Assembly: GCF_009834535.1 (NCBI RefSeq)
Contig: NC_045697.1
Coordinates: 121,088,001-121,152,000, forward strand
Reading direction: 5' to 3'
Source of the DNA: Camelus ferus
Taxonomy: Eukaryota
Length of the DNA: 64,000 nt
This document shows, in pieces, positions 39,142 through 52,900 of this stretch. Position 1 is the first letter of the stretch; each line of letters starts with the position of its first letter. The notes under the pieces were generated by a model. The model saw nothing but the letters and a program-made list of their open reading frames with translations. It was not told where the DNA came from and made no database searches. The translations under genes and the position numbers were made by a program.

Positions 39142-42100
39142 TAGGCACTACAAGCTACCTGCGTTTCCAGCTCAAACCCCGCCTTTCCCCGGGTTCCCGC
39201 ACTAGGGGAGACTCGGGGAAGACATGCGGAGGGCTCCTGGGAGATCCCAGGCGCAGCAGACACAGTACGGATCCTCCACACACTCAGAATTAAAGAACAA
39301 TGCCAAGTGTGTGTGAGATTTTTGGGGCCGCCCTCCACGCAGCTGTCTCTTGTCACAGGTGTTCCCTGGCAGGGAGAAGTCCGCTAATTACATTCCCTTT
39401 CCAGGGGGAGGCACTACATGCTACCTACTATTCCAGCCCAACCCACATTTCTCCGGCTCCCCGCACTAGGATACCCTCGGGGAAGACACGCGGAGGGTTC
39501 CTAGGAGATCCCAGGCACTGCAGACACAGTAAGGAACCTCCCCACTCTCAGAATTCCAGAACAAGGCCGAGTGGGTGTAGGAGGTTTGGGTCCGCCATTA
39601 ACGCAACTTCTTCCTTTCACAGGTGTTCCCTGGCAAGGTGAATTCCGGTAAATACCTTCCCTTTCCAGGGGGAGGCACTAGATGCTACCTGCTTTTCCAG
39701 CAACACCCCGCATTTTCCCTGTAGCCCGCACTAGGAGACACTCGGGGAAGACACGCGGAGTGATCCTAGGTGATCCCAGGCGCTGCAGACAGAGTATGGA
39801 ACCTCCACACACTCAGAATTCCGGAACGCGGCCGAGTGTTTGTGGGAGGTTTGGGGCCGACCTCCACGCAGCTGCCTGGTGTCAAAGGTGTTCCATGGCA
39901 TAGGGAATTCCGCGTTTACCTCTCCTGTCCAGGGGGATTCCCTAGATGCTACCTGCAATTCCAGCACAACACCAGGCTTTCCCTGCAGCCCGCCCTAGGA
40001 GACACTCGGGGAATACAAGCGGAGGGCTCCTAGGTGATCCCAGGCGCTGCAAACAGAGTACGGATCCTCCACACACTCAGAATACCTTAACGCGGCCGAG
40101 TGGGTGGGGGAATATTGGGGCTGCCTTCCACGAAGCTGCCTGGTGTCGCAGGTGTTCCCTGGCAGGGGAAGTCCTCTAATTACCTCTCCTGTCCAGGGGG
40201 AGTCACTAGATGCTACCTGCATTTCCAGCCAAACCCCCGCTTTTCCCTGGCTGCCCGCAATATGAGACACTTGGGGAAGACACGCGGAAGGCTCCTAGGT
40301 GATCAGAGGCGCTGCAGACAGAGTACGGAACCTCCCAACACTCAGAATTCCAGAACAAGGCCGAGTGGGTGTGGGAGGTTTGGGGCCGCCTTCCACGCAG
40401 CGGACTCTTGTCACAGGTGTTCCCTGGCAGGGTAAAATCCGCTAATTACCTTCCCCGTTCAGGAGGAGGCACTACATGCTACCTGGATTTCCAGCCCAAC
40501 CCCCGCCTTTCCCCGGGTCCCCGCACTACGAGACACTCTGGAAGACACGTGGAGGGCTCCCGAAGACGGGACCTCCCCACATTCAGAATTCCGGAACGAG
40601 TCCGAATGTGTGTGGGAGGTTTGGGGCCGCCCTTCACGCAGCTGCGTGGTGTCACATGTGTTCCTTGATGGGAAATCCGCTAATTACCTCCCCTGTCCAG
40701 AGGGAGGCACTACATGCTACCTGCATTTCCAGCCCAACCCCCAATTTTCTCCGGCAGCCCGCACTAGGAGACACTCTGGGAAGACACGCGGAGGGCGCCT
40801 AAGTGATCCCAGTCGCTACAGACAGAGGACGGACCTCACCACACTCAGAATTCCGGAACGCGGCCGAGTGGGTCAGGGAGGTTTGGGGCCGACCTCCACG
40901 AACCTGCCTAGTGTCACAGGTGTTCCCTGGCAGGGGAAAGTCCGCTAATTACCTCCCCTGTCCTGGGGGAGGCACTAGATGCTACCTGCGTTTCCAGCCC
41001 AACCCGCGACTTTCCCCGGAAGCCCGCACAAGGAGACAATCGGGGAAGACACGCGAATGGTTCCAAGGACGTCCCAGGCGCTGCAGACAGAGGACGGAAC
41101 CTCCCCACACTCAGAATTCCGGAACGCGGCCGAGTGGGTGGGAAAGGTTTGGGCACGCCATCCTCCCAGCTGCCTGGTATCACAGGTGTTCCCTGGCAGG
41201 GGGATTACCGCTAATTACCTCCCCAGTCCAGGGGGAGGCACTACATGTTACCTGCTTTTCCATCACAACCCCCGACTTTCCCGGGCAGCCTGCACTAGGA
41301 GACACTCGGGGAAGACACGCGGAGGGCTCCTAGGAGATCTCAGGGGCTGCAGACAAAAGAAGGAAACCCCCACACTCAGAAATCCGGAACGCGGCCGAGT
41401 TGGTTGGGTAAGTTTGGTGCCGCACTCCGCGCATCTGCCTGGTGTCACATTTGTTCCCTTTCTGGGGGAATTCCGCTAATTACCTCCCCTGTCCAGGGGG
41501 AGGCACTAGATGCTATCTGCATTTCCAGCCCGACCCCCGACTTTCCCTGGCATCCCGCATTAGGAGACACTCGGGGAAGACACGCGGACGGCTCCTAGGA
41601 TATCCCAGGTGCAGCAGACAGAGTACGGACCTCCCCACACTCAGAAATCCGGAACGAGGCCGGGCGGTGTGGGAGGTTTCGGGCCGCCCTCCAAGCAGCT
41701 GCCGGGTGTTACATGTGTTTCCTGTCAGGGGGAAGTCCGCTAATTTCCTTCCCTGTCCAGGGGGAGGCGCTACATGCTACCTTCATTTCCAGCAAAACCC
41801 ACACATTTCCCCGGCAGCCCGCAATTTTAGACACTCGGGGAAGACACGCGGAGTGCTCCTAGGAGATCCCAGGCGCTGCAGACAGAGTACGGAACCTCCC
41901 AAAACTCAGAATTCCGAAACGCAGCCGAGTGGGTGTGGGAGGTTTGGGACCACACTCCACGCAGCTCCCAGGTGTCACAGGTGTTCCCTGGAAAGGGTAA
42001 GTCCGCTGAATACCTCCCCTGTCCAGGGGGAGGCCCTATATGCTACCTGCATTTCCAGAACAACCCCCACATTTCCCCAGCTCCCCGAACTAGGATACAC

Positions 42101-43564
42101 TCGGGGAAGACACGCGGAGGGCTCCTAGGAGACCCCAGGCGCTGCAGAAAGAAGACCGAACCTCCCCACACTCAGAATTCTGGAACAAGGCCGAGTGGGT
42201 GGGGGAGGTTTGGGACCAAACCCCACGAAGCTGCCGGGTGTTACATGTGTTCTCTGGCTGGGGGATGTCCGCTAATTACCTCCCCTGTCCAGGGGGAGGC
42301 GCTACATGCTACCTGCTTTTCCAGCCCAACACCAGCATTTCCCCGGCACACTGCACTAGGATTCACTCGGTGAAGACAGGCGGAGGGCTCCTAGGTGATC
42401 CCAGGCGCTGCAGAGAGAGTACGGCACCTCCCAACACTCAGAATACCGGAACGCGGCCGAGTGGTTGGTTGAGGTTTGGGGCCGACCTCCACGCAGCTGC
42501 CTGGTGTCACAGGTGTTCCCTGGCAGGGGGAATTACGCTAATTACCTGATCTGTCCAGGGAGAGGCACTACATGCTACCTGCATTTCCAGACCAATCCCC
42601 GCCATTCCTCGGGTCCCAGCACTAGGATACACTCGGGGAAGACACGCGGAGTGCTCCTAGAGATCCCAGGCGCTGCAGACAGATTATGGAACTTCCCCAC
42701 ACTCAGAATTAAGGAACGCGGCCGAGTGGGTGGGGTAGGTTTGGCATTACCCAACACGCAGCAGCCTGGTGTCACAGGTGTTCCCTGGAAGGGTAAAATT
42801 CGCTAATTACCTACCCTGTCCAGGGGTAGGCACTACAAGCTACCTGCATTTCCAGCCCAAACCTCACCTTTCCCCGGGTTCCCGCACTAGGGGAGACTCG
42901 GGGAAGACACGCTGAGGGCTCCTAGTTGATCCCAGGTGCTGCAGAGAGAATACGGAACCTCCCCAAACTCAGAATTCCGGAACGTGGCCGAGTGGGTGGG
43001 GGAGGTTTGGGACCAAACCCCACGCAGCTGCATGGTGTCAAAAGTGTTCCCTGGAAGGGGGAATTCCGCTAAATTCCTACCGTGTCCAGGGGGAGGCACT
43101 ACAAGCTACCTGCATTTCCAGCACAACCCCCACATTTCCCCGGCAGACCGCACCAGGAGACACTCGGGGAAGACACGCGGAGGGCTCCTAGGAGATGCCA
43201 GGCGCTGCAGACCGAGTACGGAAATTCTCCACACTCAGAATTCCGGAACGCGGCCGAGTGGGTGCGGAAGGTTTGGGGCCGCTCTCCGCGCAGCTGACCG
43301 GTGTCACAGGTGTTCCATGGCAGGGGGATTTCCGCTTTTACCTCTAATGTCCAGGAGGTGTCCCTAGATGCTACCTGAAATTCCAGCACAACACCAGGCA
43401 TTCCCTGCAGCCCGCACTAGGAGACACTCGGGGAATACAAGCGGAGGGCTCCTAGGTGATCCCAGGCGCTGCAGACAGATTACGGAACCTCCCCACACTC
43501 AGAATCCCGGAACGCGGCCGAGTGGGTGGGGAAGGTTTGGGGCCGCCCTCCACGCAGCTGCCTG

Positions 43565-46500
43565 GTGTCACAGGTGTTCCCAGGCAGGGGGAATTCAGCT
43601 AATTACCTCCCCTATCCAGGGGGAGGCACTAAATGCTACCTGCTTTTCCAGCACTACATGCTACCTGCTTTTCCACCACAACCCCCGCATTTTCCCTGTA
43701 GCCTGCACTAGGAGGAACTCGGGGAAGACACGCGGAGGGCTCCTAGGTGATTCCAGGTGCTGCAGACAGAGTACGGAACCTCCACAAATTCAGAATTCTG
43801 GACGCGGCCGAGTGGGTAGGGGAGGTTTGGGGCCGCTCTCCACGCACCTGCCTGGCATCACAGGTGTTCCCTGGCAGGGGGAATTCCGCTAATTACCTCT
43901 TCTGTCCAGGGGAAGTCACTAGATGCTACCTGTATTTCCAGCACATCCCCCGCATTTCCCTGGCTGCCCGCACTTGGAGACATTTGGGGAATACACGCGT
44001 AGGGCTCCTAGGAGATCCCAGGCGCTGCAGACAGAGTACGGAACCTCCCCACACTCAGAAATCCAGAACAAGGCCGAGTGGGTGTAGGAGGTTTGGGGCC
44101 GACTTCCACGCAGCTGCCTCTTGTCACAGGTGTTCCCTGGCCGGGTGAATTCCGCTAATTACTTTCCCTGTCCAGGGGGAGGCACTACATGCTACCTGCT
44201 ACTGCAGCCCAACCCCCGCCTTTCCCCGGCTCCTCTCACTAGGAGACACTCTGGGAAGACACGCGGAGGGCTCCTAGGTGATCCCAGGCGCTGCACACAG
44301 AGTACGGATCCTCCACAAATTCAGAATTCCGGAACGCGACCGAGTGGGTGGGGGAGGTTTGGGGACGCACTCCACGCAGCTGCTTGTTGTCAGAGGTGTT
44401 CCCTGGCAGGGGGAATTCCGCTAATTACCTCCCCTGTCCAGGAGGAGTCACTAGATGCTACCTGCATATCCAGCAAAACCCCCGCCTTTCAACGGCTCCC
44501 CGTAATAGGAGACACTATGGGAAGGCACGTGGATGGCTCCTAGGAGATCCCAGCGGCTGGAGACCGAAGACCAAACCTCCCCAAACTCAGAATTCCGGAA
44601 TGCGGCCGAGTGGGTGGGGGAGGTTTGGAACCAAACCCCACGAAGCTGCCGGGTGTTACATGTGTTCTCTGGCAGGGGGAATTCCGCTAATTACCTCCCC
44701 TGTCCAGGGGGTGGCACTAAATTCTACCTGCATTTCCAGCCCAACACCAGCATTTTCCCGGCACACTGCACAAGGATACACTCGGGGAAGACAGGCGGAG
44801 GGCTCCTAGGAGATCCCAGTTGCTGCAGACAGAGGACGGAACCTCTCCACACTCAAAATTACGGAACAAGGCCGAGTGGTTAGGGGAGGTTTGGGGCGGC
44901 CCTCCACGCAGCTGCCTGGTGTCACAGGTGTTCCCTGGAAGGGGGAAGTCCGCTAATTACCTCCCCTGTTCAGGGGGAGGCACTACATGCTACCTGCATT
45001 TCCAGCCCTACCCCCACCATTCCCCGGCATCCAGCAAGAGGAGACACACGGGGAAGACATGCGGAGTGCTCCTAGGGGATCCCAGGAGCTGAAGAGAGAG
45101 TACAGAACTTCCCCACCCTCAGAATAACAGAACGCGGACGAGAGTTTTCGGGAGGTTTGGGTCCGACCTCCACGCAGCTGCCTTGTGTCACAGGTGTTCC
45201 AAGCCAGGGGAAATTCCGCTTTTACCTCTACTGTCCAGGGGGATTCCCTAGATGCTACCTGCAATTCCAGCACAACACCAGGCTTTCCCTGCATCCGACA
45301 CTAGGAGACACTCGGGGAATACACGCGGAGGGCTCCTAGGTGATCCCAGGCGCTGCAGAGAGAGTACGGCACCTCCCCACACTCAGAATACCGCAACGCG
45401 GCCGAGTTTTTGAGGGAGGTTTGGGGAAGACCTCCACGCAGCTGCCTGGTGTCACAGGTTTTCCCTGGCAGGGGGAATTCCGTTAATTACCTCCCCTGTC
45501 CAGGGGGAGGCACTACAAGCTACCTGCATTTCCAGCCCAACCCCCGACTTTCCCCGGCTTCCCGCACTAGGGGACACTTGGTGAAGACATGCGGAAGGCT
45601 CCTGGGAGATCCCAGGTGCAGCAGACAGAGTACGGAACCTCCCCACACTCAGAATTCCAGAACAAGGCCGAGTGGATGTGGGATTTTTGGGGCCGCCCTC
45701 CACACAGCTGCATCTTATCACAGGTGTTCCCTGGCAGGGTGAAGTCCGCTAATTACTTTCCCTGTCCAGGTGGAGGCACTACATGCTACCTGCTACTGCA
45801 GCCCAACCCCCGCCTTTCCCCAGCTCCTCTCACTGGGAGACACTATGGGATGACACGCGGAGGGCTCCTAGGTGATCCCAGGCGCTGCACACAGAGTACG
45901 GAACCTCCACAATTTCAGAATTCCGGAACGCGACCGAGTGGTTGGGGGAGATTTGGTGCCGCCCTTCACGCATTTGCCTGGTGTTTCAGGTGTTCCCTGG
46001 CAGGGGGAATTCCGCTAATTACCTTCCCTGTCCAGGGTGAGGCACTACATGCTACCTACTTTTCCAGCCCAACCCCCGCGTTTACCCGGAAGCCCGCACA
46101 AGGAGACACTCGGTGAAGACACGCGGAGGGCTCCTATGTGATCCCAGGCGCTGCACACAGAGTACGGAACCTCCCCACACTCAGAATTCCAGAACAAGGC
46201 CGAGTGGGTGTGGGAGGTTTGTGGCCGCCCTCCACGCAGCTGCCTCTTGTCACAGGTGTTCCCTGGCAGGGTAAAATCCGCTAATTACCTTCCCTGTCCA
46301 GGTGGAGGCACTACATGCTACCTGGATTTCCAGCCCAACTCCCGCCTTTCCCCGGGTCCCCGCACTAGGAGACACTCTGGATGACACGTGGAGGGCTCCC
46401 GAAGACGGGACCTCCCCACATTCAGAATTCCGGAACGAGTCCGAATGTGTGTGGGAGGTTTGGGGCCGCCCTTCACGCAGCTGCGTGGTGTCACATGTGT

Positions 46501-49500
46501 TCCTTGATGGGAAATCCGCTAAATACCTCCCCTGTCCAGAGGGAGGCACTACATGCTACCTGCATTTCCAGCCCAACCCCCGATTTTCTCCGGCAGCCCG
46601 CACTAGGAGACACTCTGGGAAGACACGCGGAGGGCGCCTAAGTGATCCCAGTCGCTACAGACAGAGAACGGACCTCACCACACTCAGAATTCCGGAACGC
46701 GGCCGACTGGGTCAGGGAGGTTTGGGGCCGACCTCCACGAACCTGCCTAGTGTCACAGGTGTTCCCAGGCAGGGGGAATTCAGCTAATTACCTCCCCTAT
46801 CCAGGGGGAGGCACTAAATGCTACCTGCTTTTCCAGCACTACATGCTACCTGCTTTTCCACCACAACCCCCGCATTTTCCCTGTAGCCTGCACTAGGAGG
46901 AACTCGGGGAAGACACGCGGAGGGCTCCTAGGTGATTCCAGGTGCTGCAGACAGAGTACGGAACCTCCACAAATTCAGAATTCTGGACGCGGCCGAGTGG
47001 GTAGGGGAGGTTTGGGGCCGCTCTCCACGCAGCTGCCTGGCATCACAGGTGTTCCCTGGCAGGGGGAATTCCGCTAATAACCTCTTCTGTCCAGGGGAAG
47101 TCACTAGATGCTACCTGTATTTCCAGCACATCCCCCGCATTTCCCTGGCTGCCCGCACTTGGAGACATTTGGGGAATACACGCGTAGGGCTCCTAGGAGA
47201 TCCCAGGCGCTGCAGACAGAGTCCGGAACCTCCCCACACTCAGAAATCCAGAACAAGGCCGAGTGGGTGTAGGAGGTTTGGGGCCGACTTCCACGCAGCT
47301 GCCTCTTGTCACAGGTGTTCCCTGGCCGGGTGAATTCCGCTAATTACTTTCCCTGTCCAGGGGGAGGCACTACATGCTACCTGCTACTGCAGCCCAACCC
47401 CCGCCTTTCCCCGGCTCCTCTCACTAGGAGACACTCTGGGAAGACACGCGGAGGGCTCCTAGGTGATCCCAGGCGCTGCACACAGAGTACGGAACCTCCA
47501 CAAATTCAGAATTCCGGAACGCGACCGAGTGGGTGGGGGAGGTTTGGGGACGCACTCCACGCAGCTGCTTGTTGTCAGAGGTGTTCCCTGGCAGGGGGAA
47601 TTCCGCTAATTACCTCCCCTGTCCAGGAGGAGTCACTAGATGCTACCTGCATATCCAGCAAAACCCCCGCCTTTCAACGGCTCCCCGTAATAGGAGACAC
47701 TATGGGAAGGCACGTGGATGGCTCCTAGGAGATCCCAGCGGCTGGAGACCGAAGACCAAACCTCCCCAAACTCAGAATTCCGGAATGCGGCCGAGTGGGT
47801 GGGGGAGGTTTGGAACCAAACCCCACGAAGCTGCCGGGTGTTACATGTGTTCTCTGGCAGGGGGAATTCCGCTAATTACCTCCCCTGTCCAGGGGGTGGC
47901 ACTAAATTCTACCTGCATTTCCAGCCCAACACCAGCATTTTCCCGGCACACTGCACAAGGATACACTCGGGGAAGACAGGCGGAGGGCTCCTAGGAGATC
48001 CCAGTTGCTGCAGACAGAGGACGGAACCTCTCCACACTCAAAATTACGGAACAAGGCCGAGTGGTTAGGGGAGGTTTGGGGCGGCCCTCCACGCAGCTGC
48101 CTGGTGTCACAGGTGTTCCCTGGAAGGGGGAAGTCCGCTAATTACCTCCCCTGTTCAGGGGGAGGCACTACATGCTACCTGCATTTCCAGCCCTACCCCC
48201 ACCATTCCCCGGCATCCAGCAAGAGGAGACACACGGGGAAGACATGCGGAGTGCTCCTAGGGGATCCCAGGAGCTGAAGAGAGAGTACAGAACTTCCCCA
48301 CCCTCAGAATAACAGAACGCGGACGAGAGTTTTCGGGAGGTTTGGGTCCGACCTCCACGCAGCTGCCTTGTGTCACAGGTGTTCCAAGCCAGGGGAAATT
48401 CCGCTTTTACCTCTACTGTCCAGGGGGATTCCCTAGATGCTACCTGCAATTCCAGCACAACACCAGGCTTTCCCTGCATCCCACACTAGGAGACACTCGG
48501 GGAATACACGCGGAGGGCTCCTAGGTGATCCCAGGCGCTGCAGAGAGATTACGGCACCTCCCCACACTCAGAATACCGCAACGCGGCCGAGTGGTTGAGG
48601 GAGGTTTGGGGAAGACCTCCACGCAGCTGCCTGGTGTCACAGGTTTTCCCTGGCAGGGGGAATTCCGTTAATTACCTCCCCTGTCCAGGGGGAGGCACTA
48701 CAAGCTACCTGCATTTCCAGCCCAACCCCCGACTTTCCCCGGCTTCCCGCACTAGGGGACACTTGGTGAAGACACGCGGAAGGCTCCTGGGAGATCCCAG
48801 GTGCAGCAGACAGAGTATGGAACCTCCCCACACTCAGAATTCCAGAACAAGGCCGAGTGGATGTGGGATTTTTGGGGCCGCCCTCCACACAGCTGCATCT
48901 TGTCACAGGTGTTCCCTGGCAGGGTGAAGTCCGCTAATTACTTTCCCTGTCCAGGTGGAGGCACTACATGCTACCTGCTACTGCAGCCCAACCCCCGCCT
49001 TTCCCCAGCTCCTCTCACTGGGAGAAACTATGGGAAGACACGCGGAGGGCTCCTAGGTGATCCCAGGCGCTGCACACAGAGTACGGAACCTCCACAATTT
49101 CAGAATTCCGGAACGCGACCGAGTGGTTGGGGGAGATTTGGTGCCGCCCTTCACGCATTTGCCTGGTGTTTCAGGTGTTCCCTGGCAGGGGGAATTCCGC
49201 TAATTACCTTCCCTGTCCAGGGTGAGGCACTACATGCTACCTACTTTTCCAGCCCAACCCCCGCGTTTACCCGGAAGCCCGCACAAGGAGACACTCGGTG
49301 AAGACACGCGGAGGGCTCCTATGTGATCCCAGGCGCTGCACACAGAGTACGGAACCTCCCCACACTCAGAATTCCAGAACAAGGCCGAGTGGGTGTGGGA
49401 GGTTTGTGGCCGCCCTCCACGCAGCTGCCTCTTGTCACAGGTGTTCCCTGGCAGGGTAAAATCCGCTAATTACCTTCCCTGTCCAGGTGGAGGCACTACA

Positions 49501-49951
49501 TGCTACCTGGATTTCCAGCCCAACTCCCGCCTTTCCCCGGGTCCCCGCACTAGGAGACACTCTGGATGACACGTGGAGGGCTCCCGAAGACGGGACCTCC
49601 CCACATTCAGAATTCCGGAACGAGTCCGAATGTGTGTGGGAGGTTTGGGGCCGCCCTTCACGCAGCTGCGTGGTGTCACATGTGTTCCTTGATGGGAAAT
49701 CCGCTAAATACCTCCCCTGTCCAGAGGGAGGCACTACATGCTACCTGCATTTCCAGCCCAACCCCCGATTTTCTCCGGCAGCCCGCACTAGGAGACACTC
49801 TGGGAAGACACGCGGAGGGCGCCTAAGTGATCCCAGTCGCTACAGACAGAGGACGGACCTCACCACACTCAGAATTCCGGAACGCGGCCGACTGGGTCAG
49901 GGAGGTTTGGGGCCGACCTCCACGAACCTGCCTAGTGTCACAGGTGTTCCC
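43565..49951. repeat. Tandem duplication of a 12-monomer block (period 3185 bp): 43565-46749 and 46750-49951
   Basis: ORF pairs at offset 3185 (43747/46932, 44348/47533, 45410/48595, 46250/49435, 46642/49827); boundaries read from the first mismatches. Confidence 0.93.
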
Positions 49952-52900
49952 TGGCAGGGGAAAGTCCGCTAATTACCTCCCCTGTCCTGGGGGAGGCACT
50001 AGATGCTACCTGCGTTTCCAACCCAACCCGTGGCTTTCCCCGGAAGCCCGCACAATGAGACAATCGGGGAAGACACGCGAATGGTTCCAAGGACGTCCCA
50101 GGCGCTGCAGACAGAGGACGGAACCTCCCCACACTCAGAATTCCGGAACGCATCCGAGTGGGTAGGAAAGGTTTGGGCACGCCATCCTCCCAGCTGCCTG
50201 GTATCACAGGTGTTCCCTGGCAGTGGGAATACCGCTAATTACCTCCCCAGTCCAGGGGGAGGCACTACATGTTACCTGCTTTTCCATCACAACCCCCGAC
50301 TTTCCCGGGCAGCCTGCACTAGGAGACACTCGGGGAAGACACGCGGAGGGCTCCTAGGAGATCTCAGGGGCTGCAGACAGAAGAAGGAAACCCCCACACT
50401 CAGAAATCCGGAACGCGGCCCAGTTGGTTGGGTAAGTTTGGTGCCGCACTCCGCGCATCTGCCTGGTGTCACATTTGTTCCCTTTCTGGGGGAATTCCGC
50501 TAATTACCTCCCGTGTCCAGGGGGAGGCGCTACATGCTACCTGCATTTGCAGCACAACCCCCGCATTTCCCCGGCAGCCCGCACTAGGATACACTCAGAG
50601 AAGACACGTGGAGTGCTCCTAGGGGATTCCAGGTACTGCAGACTGAAGACCGAACCTCCCCACCCTCAGTATTCCGGAAAGTGGCCGAGTGGTGGGGGAG
50701 TTTTCGGGCCTACATCCACGCAGCTGCCTGGTGTCACTGCTGTTCCCTGGCAGGGGGAATTCCGCTAATTACCTCCCCTATCCCGGGGGATTAACTAGAA
50801 TCTACCTGCATTTCCAGGCAACCCCCGCCATTCCCCGTCTCCCCGCAATAGGAGACACCAGGGGAAGGCACGTGGATGGCTTCTAGGAGATCCCAACTCT
50901 AGAGACTGAAGACCAATCCTCCCCAAACTCAGAATCCCGGAACGTGGCCGAGTGGGTAGGGGAGGTTTGGGACCAACCCCCACGCAGCTGCCTGGTGTCA
51001 CAGGTGTTCCCTGGAAGGGGGAAGTCCCCTAAATTCCTCCCCTGTCCAGTGGGAGGCACTACAAGCTAACTGCATTTCCAGCACAACCCCCGAATTTCCC
51101 CGGCTTCCCGCACGAGATTACACTCGGGGAAGACACGCGGAGGGCTCCTAGGAGATCCCAGGCGCTGCAGACCGTGTAAGGAAATTCTCCACACTGAGAA
51201 TTCCGGAACGCGGCCGAGTGGGTGGGGAAGGTTTGGGGCCGCCCTCCACGCAGCTGCCTGGTGTCACAGGTGTTCCCAGGCAGGGGGAATTCAGCTAATT
51301 ACCTCCCCTGTCCAGGGGGAGGCACGACATGTTACCTGTTTTCCAGCACAACCCCCGACTTTCCCGGCAGCCCTCACTAGGAGACACTCGGGGAATACAC
51401 GCGGAGGGCTCCTAGGTGATCCCAGGCGCTGCAGAGAGATTACGGCACCTCCCCACACTCAGAATACCGCAACGCGGCCGAGTGGTTGAGGGAGGTTTGA
51501 GGAAGACCTCCACGCAGCTGCCTGGTGTCACAGGTTTTCCCTGGCAGGGGGAATTCCGTTAATTACCTCCCCTGTCCAGGGGGAGGCACTACAAGCTACC
51601 TGCATTTCCAGCCCAACCCCCGACTTTCCCCGGCTTCCCGCACTAGGGGACACTTGGTGAAGACACGCGGAAGGCTCCTGGGAGATCCCAGGTGCAGCAG
51701 ACAGAGTACGGAACCTCCCCACACTCAGAATTCCAGAACAAGGCCGAGTGGATGTGGGATTTTTGGGGCCGCCCTCCACACAGCTGCATCTTGTCACAGG
51801 TGTTCCCTGGCAGGGTGAAGTCCGCTAATTACTTTCCCTGTCCAGGTGGAGGCACTACATGCTACCTGCTACTGCAGCCCAACCCCCGCCTTTCCCCAGC
51901 TCCTCTCACTGGGAGACACTATTGGAAGACACGCGGAGGGCTCCTAGGTGATCCCAGGCGCTGCACACAGAGTACGGAACCTCCACAATTTCAGAATTCC
52001 GGAACGCGACCGAGTGGTTGGGGGAGATTTGGTGCCGCCCTTCACGCATTTGCCTGGTGTTTCATGTGTTCCCTGGCAGGGGGAATTCCGCTAATTACCT
52101 TCCCTGTCCAGGGTGAGGCACTACATGCTACCTACTTTTCCAGCCCAACCCCCGCTTTTACCCGGAAGCCCGCACAAGGAGACACTCGGTGAAGACACGC
52201 GGAGGGCTCCTATGTGATCCCAGGCGCTGCACACAGAGTACGGAACCTCCCCACACTCAGAATTCCAGAACAAGGCCGAGTGGGTGTGGGAGGTTTGTGG
52301 CCGCCCTCCACGCAGCTGCCTCTTGTCACAGGTGTTCCCTGGCAGGGTAAAATCCGCTAATTACCTTCCCTGTCCAGGTGGAGGCACTACATGCTACCTG
52401 GATTTCCAGCCCAACTCCCGCCTTTCCCCGGGTCCCCGCACTAGGAGACACTCTGGATGACACGTGGAGGGCTCCCGAAGACGGGACCTCCCCACATTCA
52501 GAATTCCGGAACGAGTCCGAATGTGTGTGGGAGGTTTGGGGCCGCCCTTCACGCAGCTGCGTGGTGTCACATGTGTTCCTTGATGGGAAATCCGCTAAAT
52601 ACCTCCCCTGTCCAGAGGGAGGCACTACATGCTACCTGCATTTCCAGCCCAACCCCCGATTTTCTCCGGCAGCCCGCACTAGGAGACACTCTGGGAAGAC
52701 ACGCGGAGGGCGCCTAAGTGATCCCAGTCGCTACAGACAGAGGACGGACCTCACCACACTCAGAATTCCGGAACGCGGCCGACTGGGTCAGGGAGGTTTG
52801 GGGCCGACCTCCACGAACCTGCCTAGTGTCACAGGTGTTCCCTGGCAGGGGAAAGTCCGCTAATTACCTCCCCTGTCCTGGGGGAGGCACTAGATGCTAC

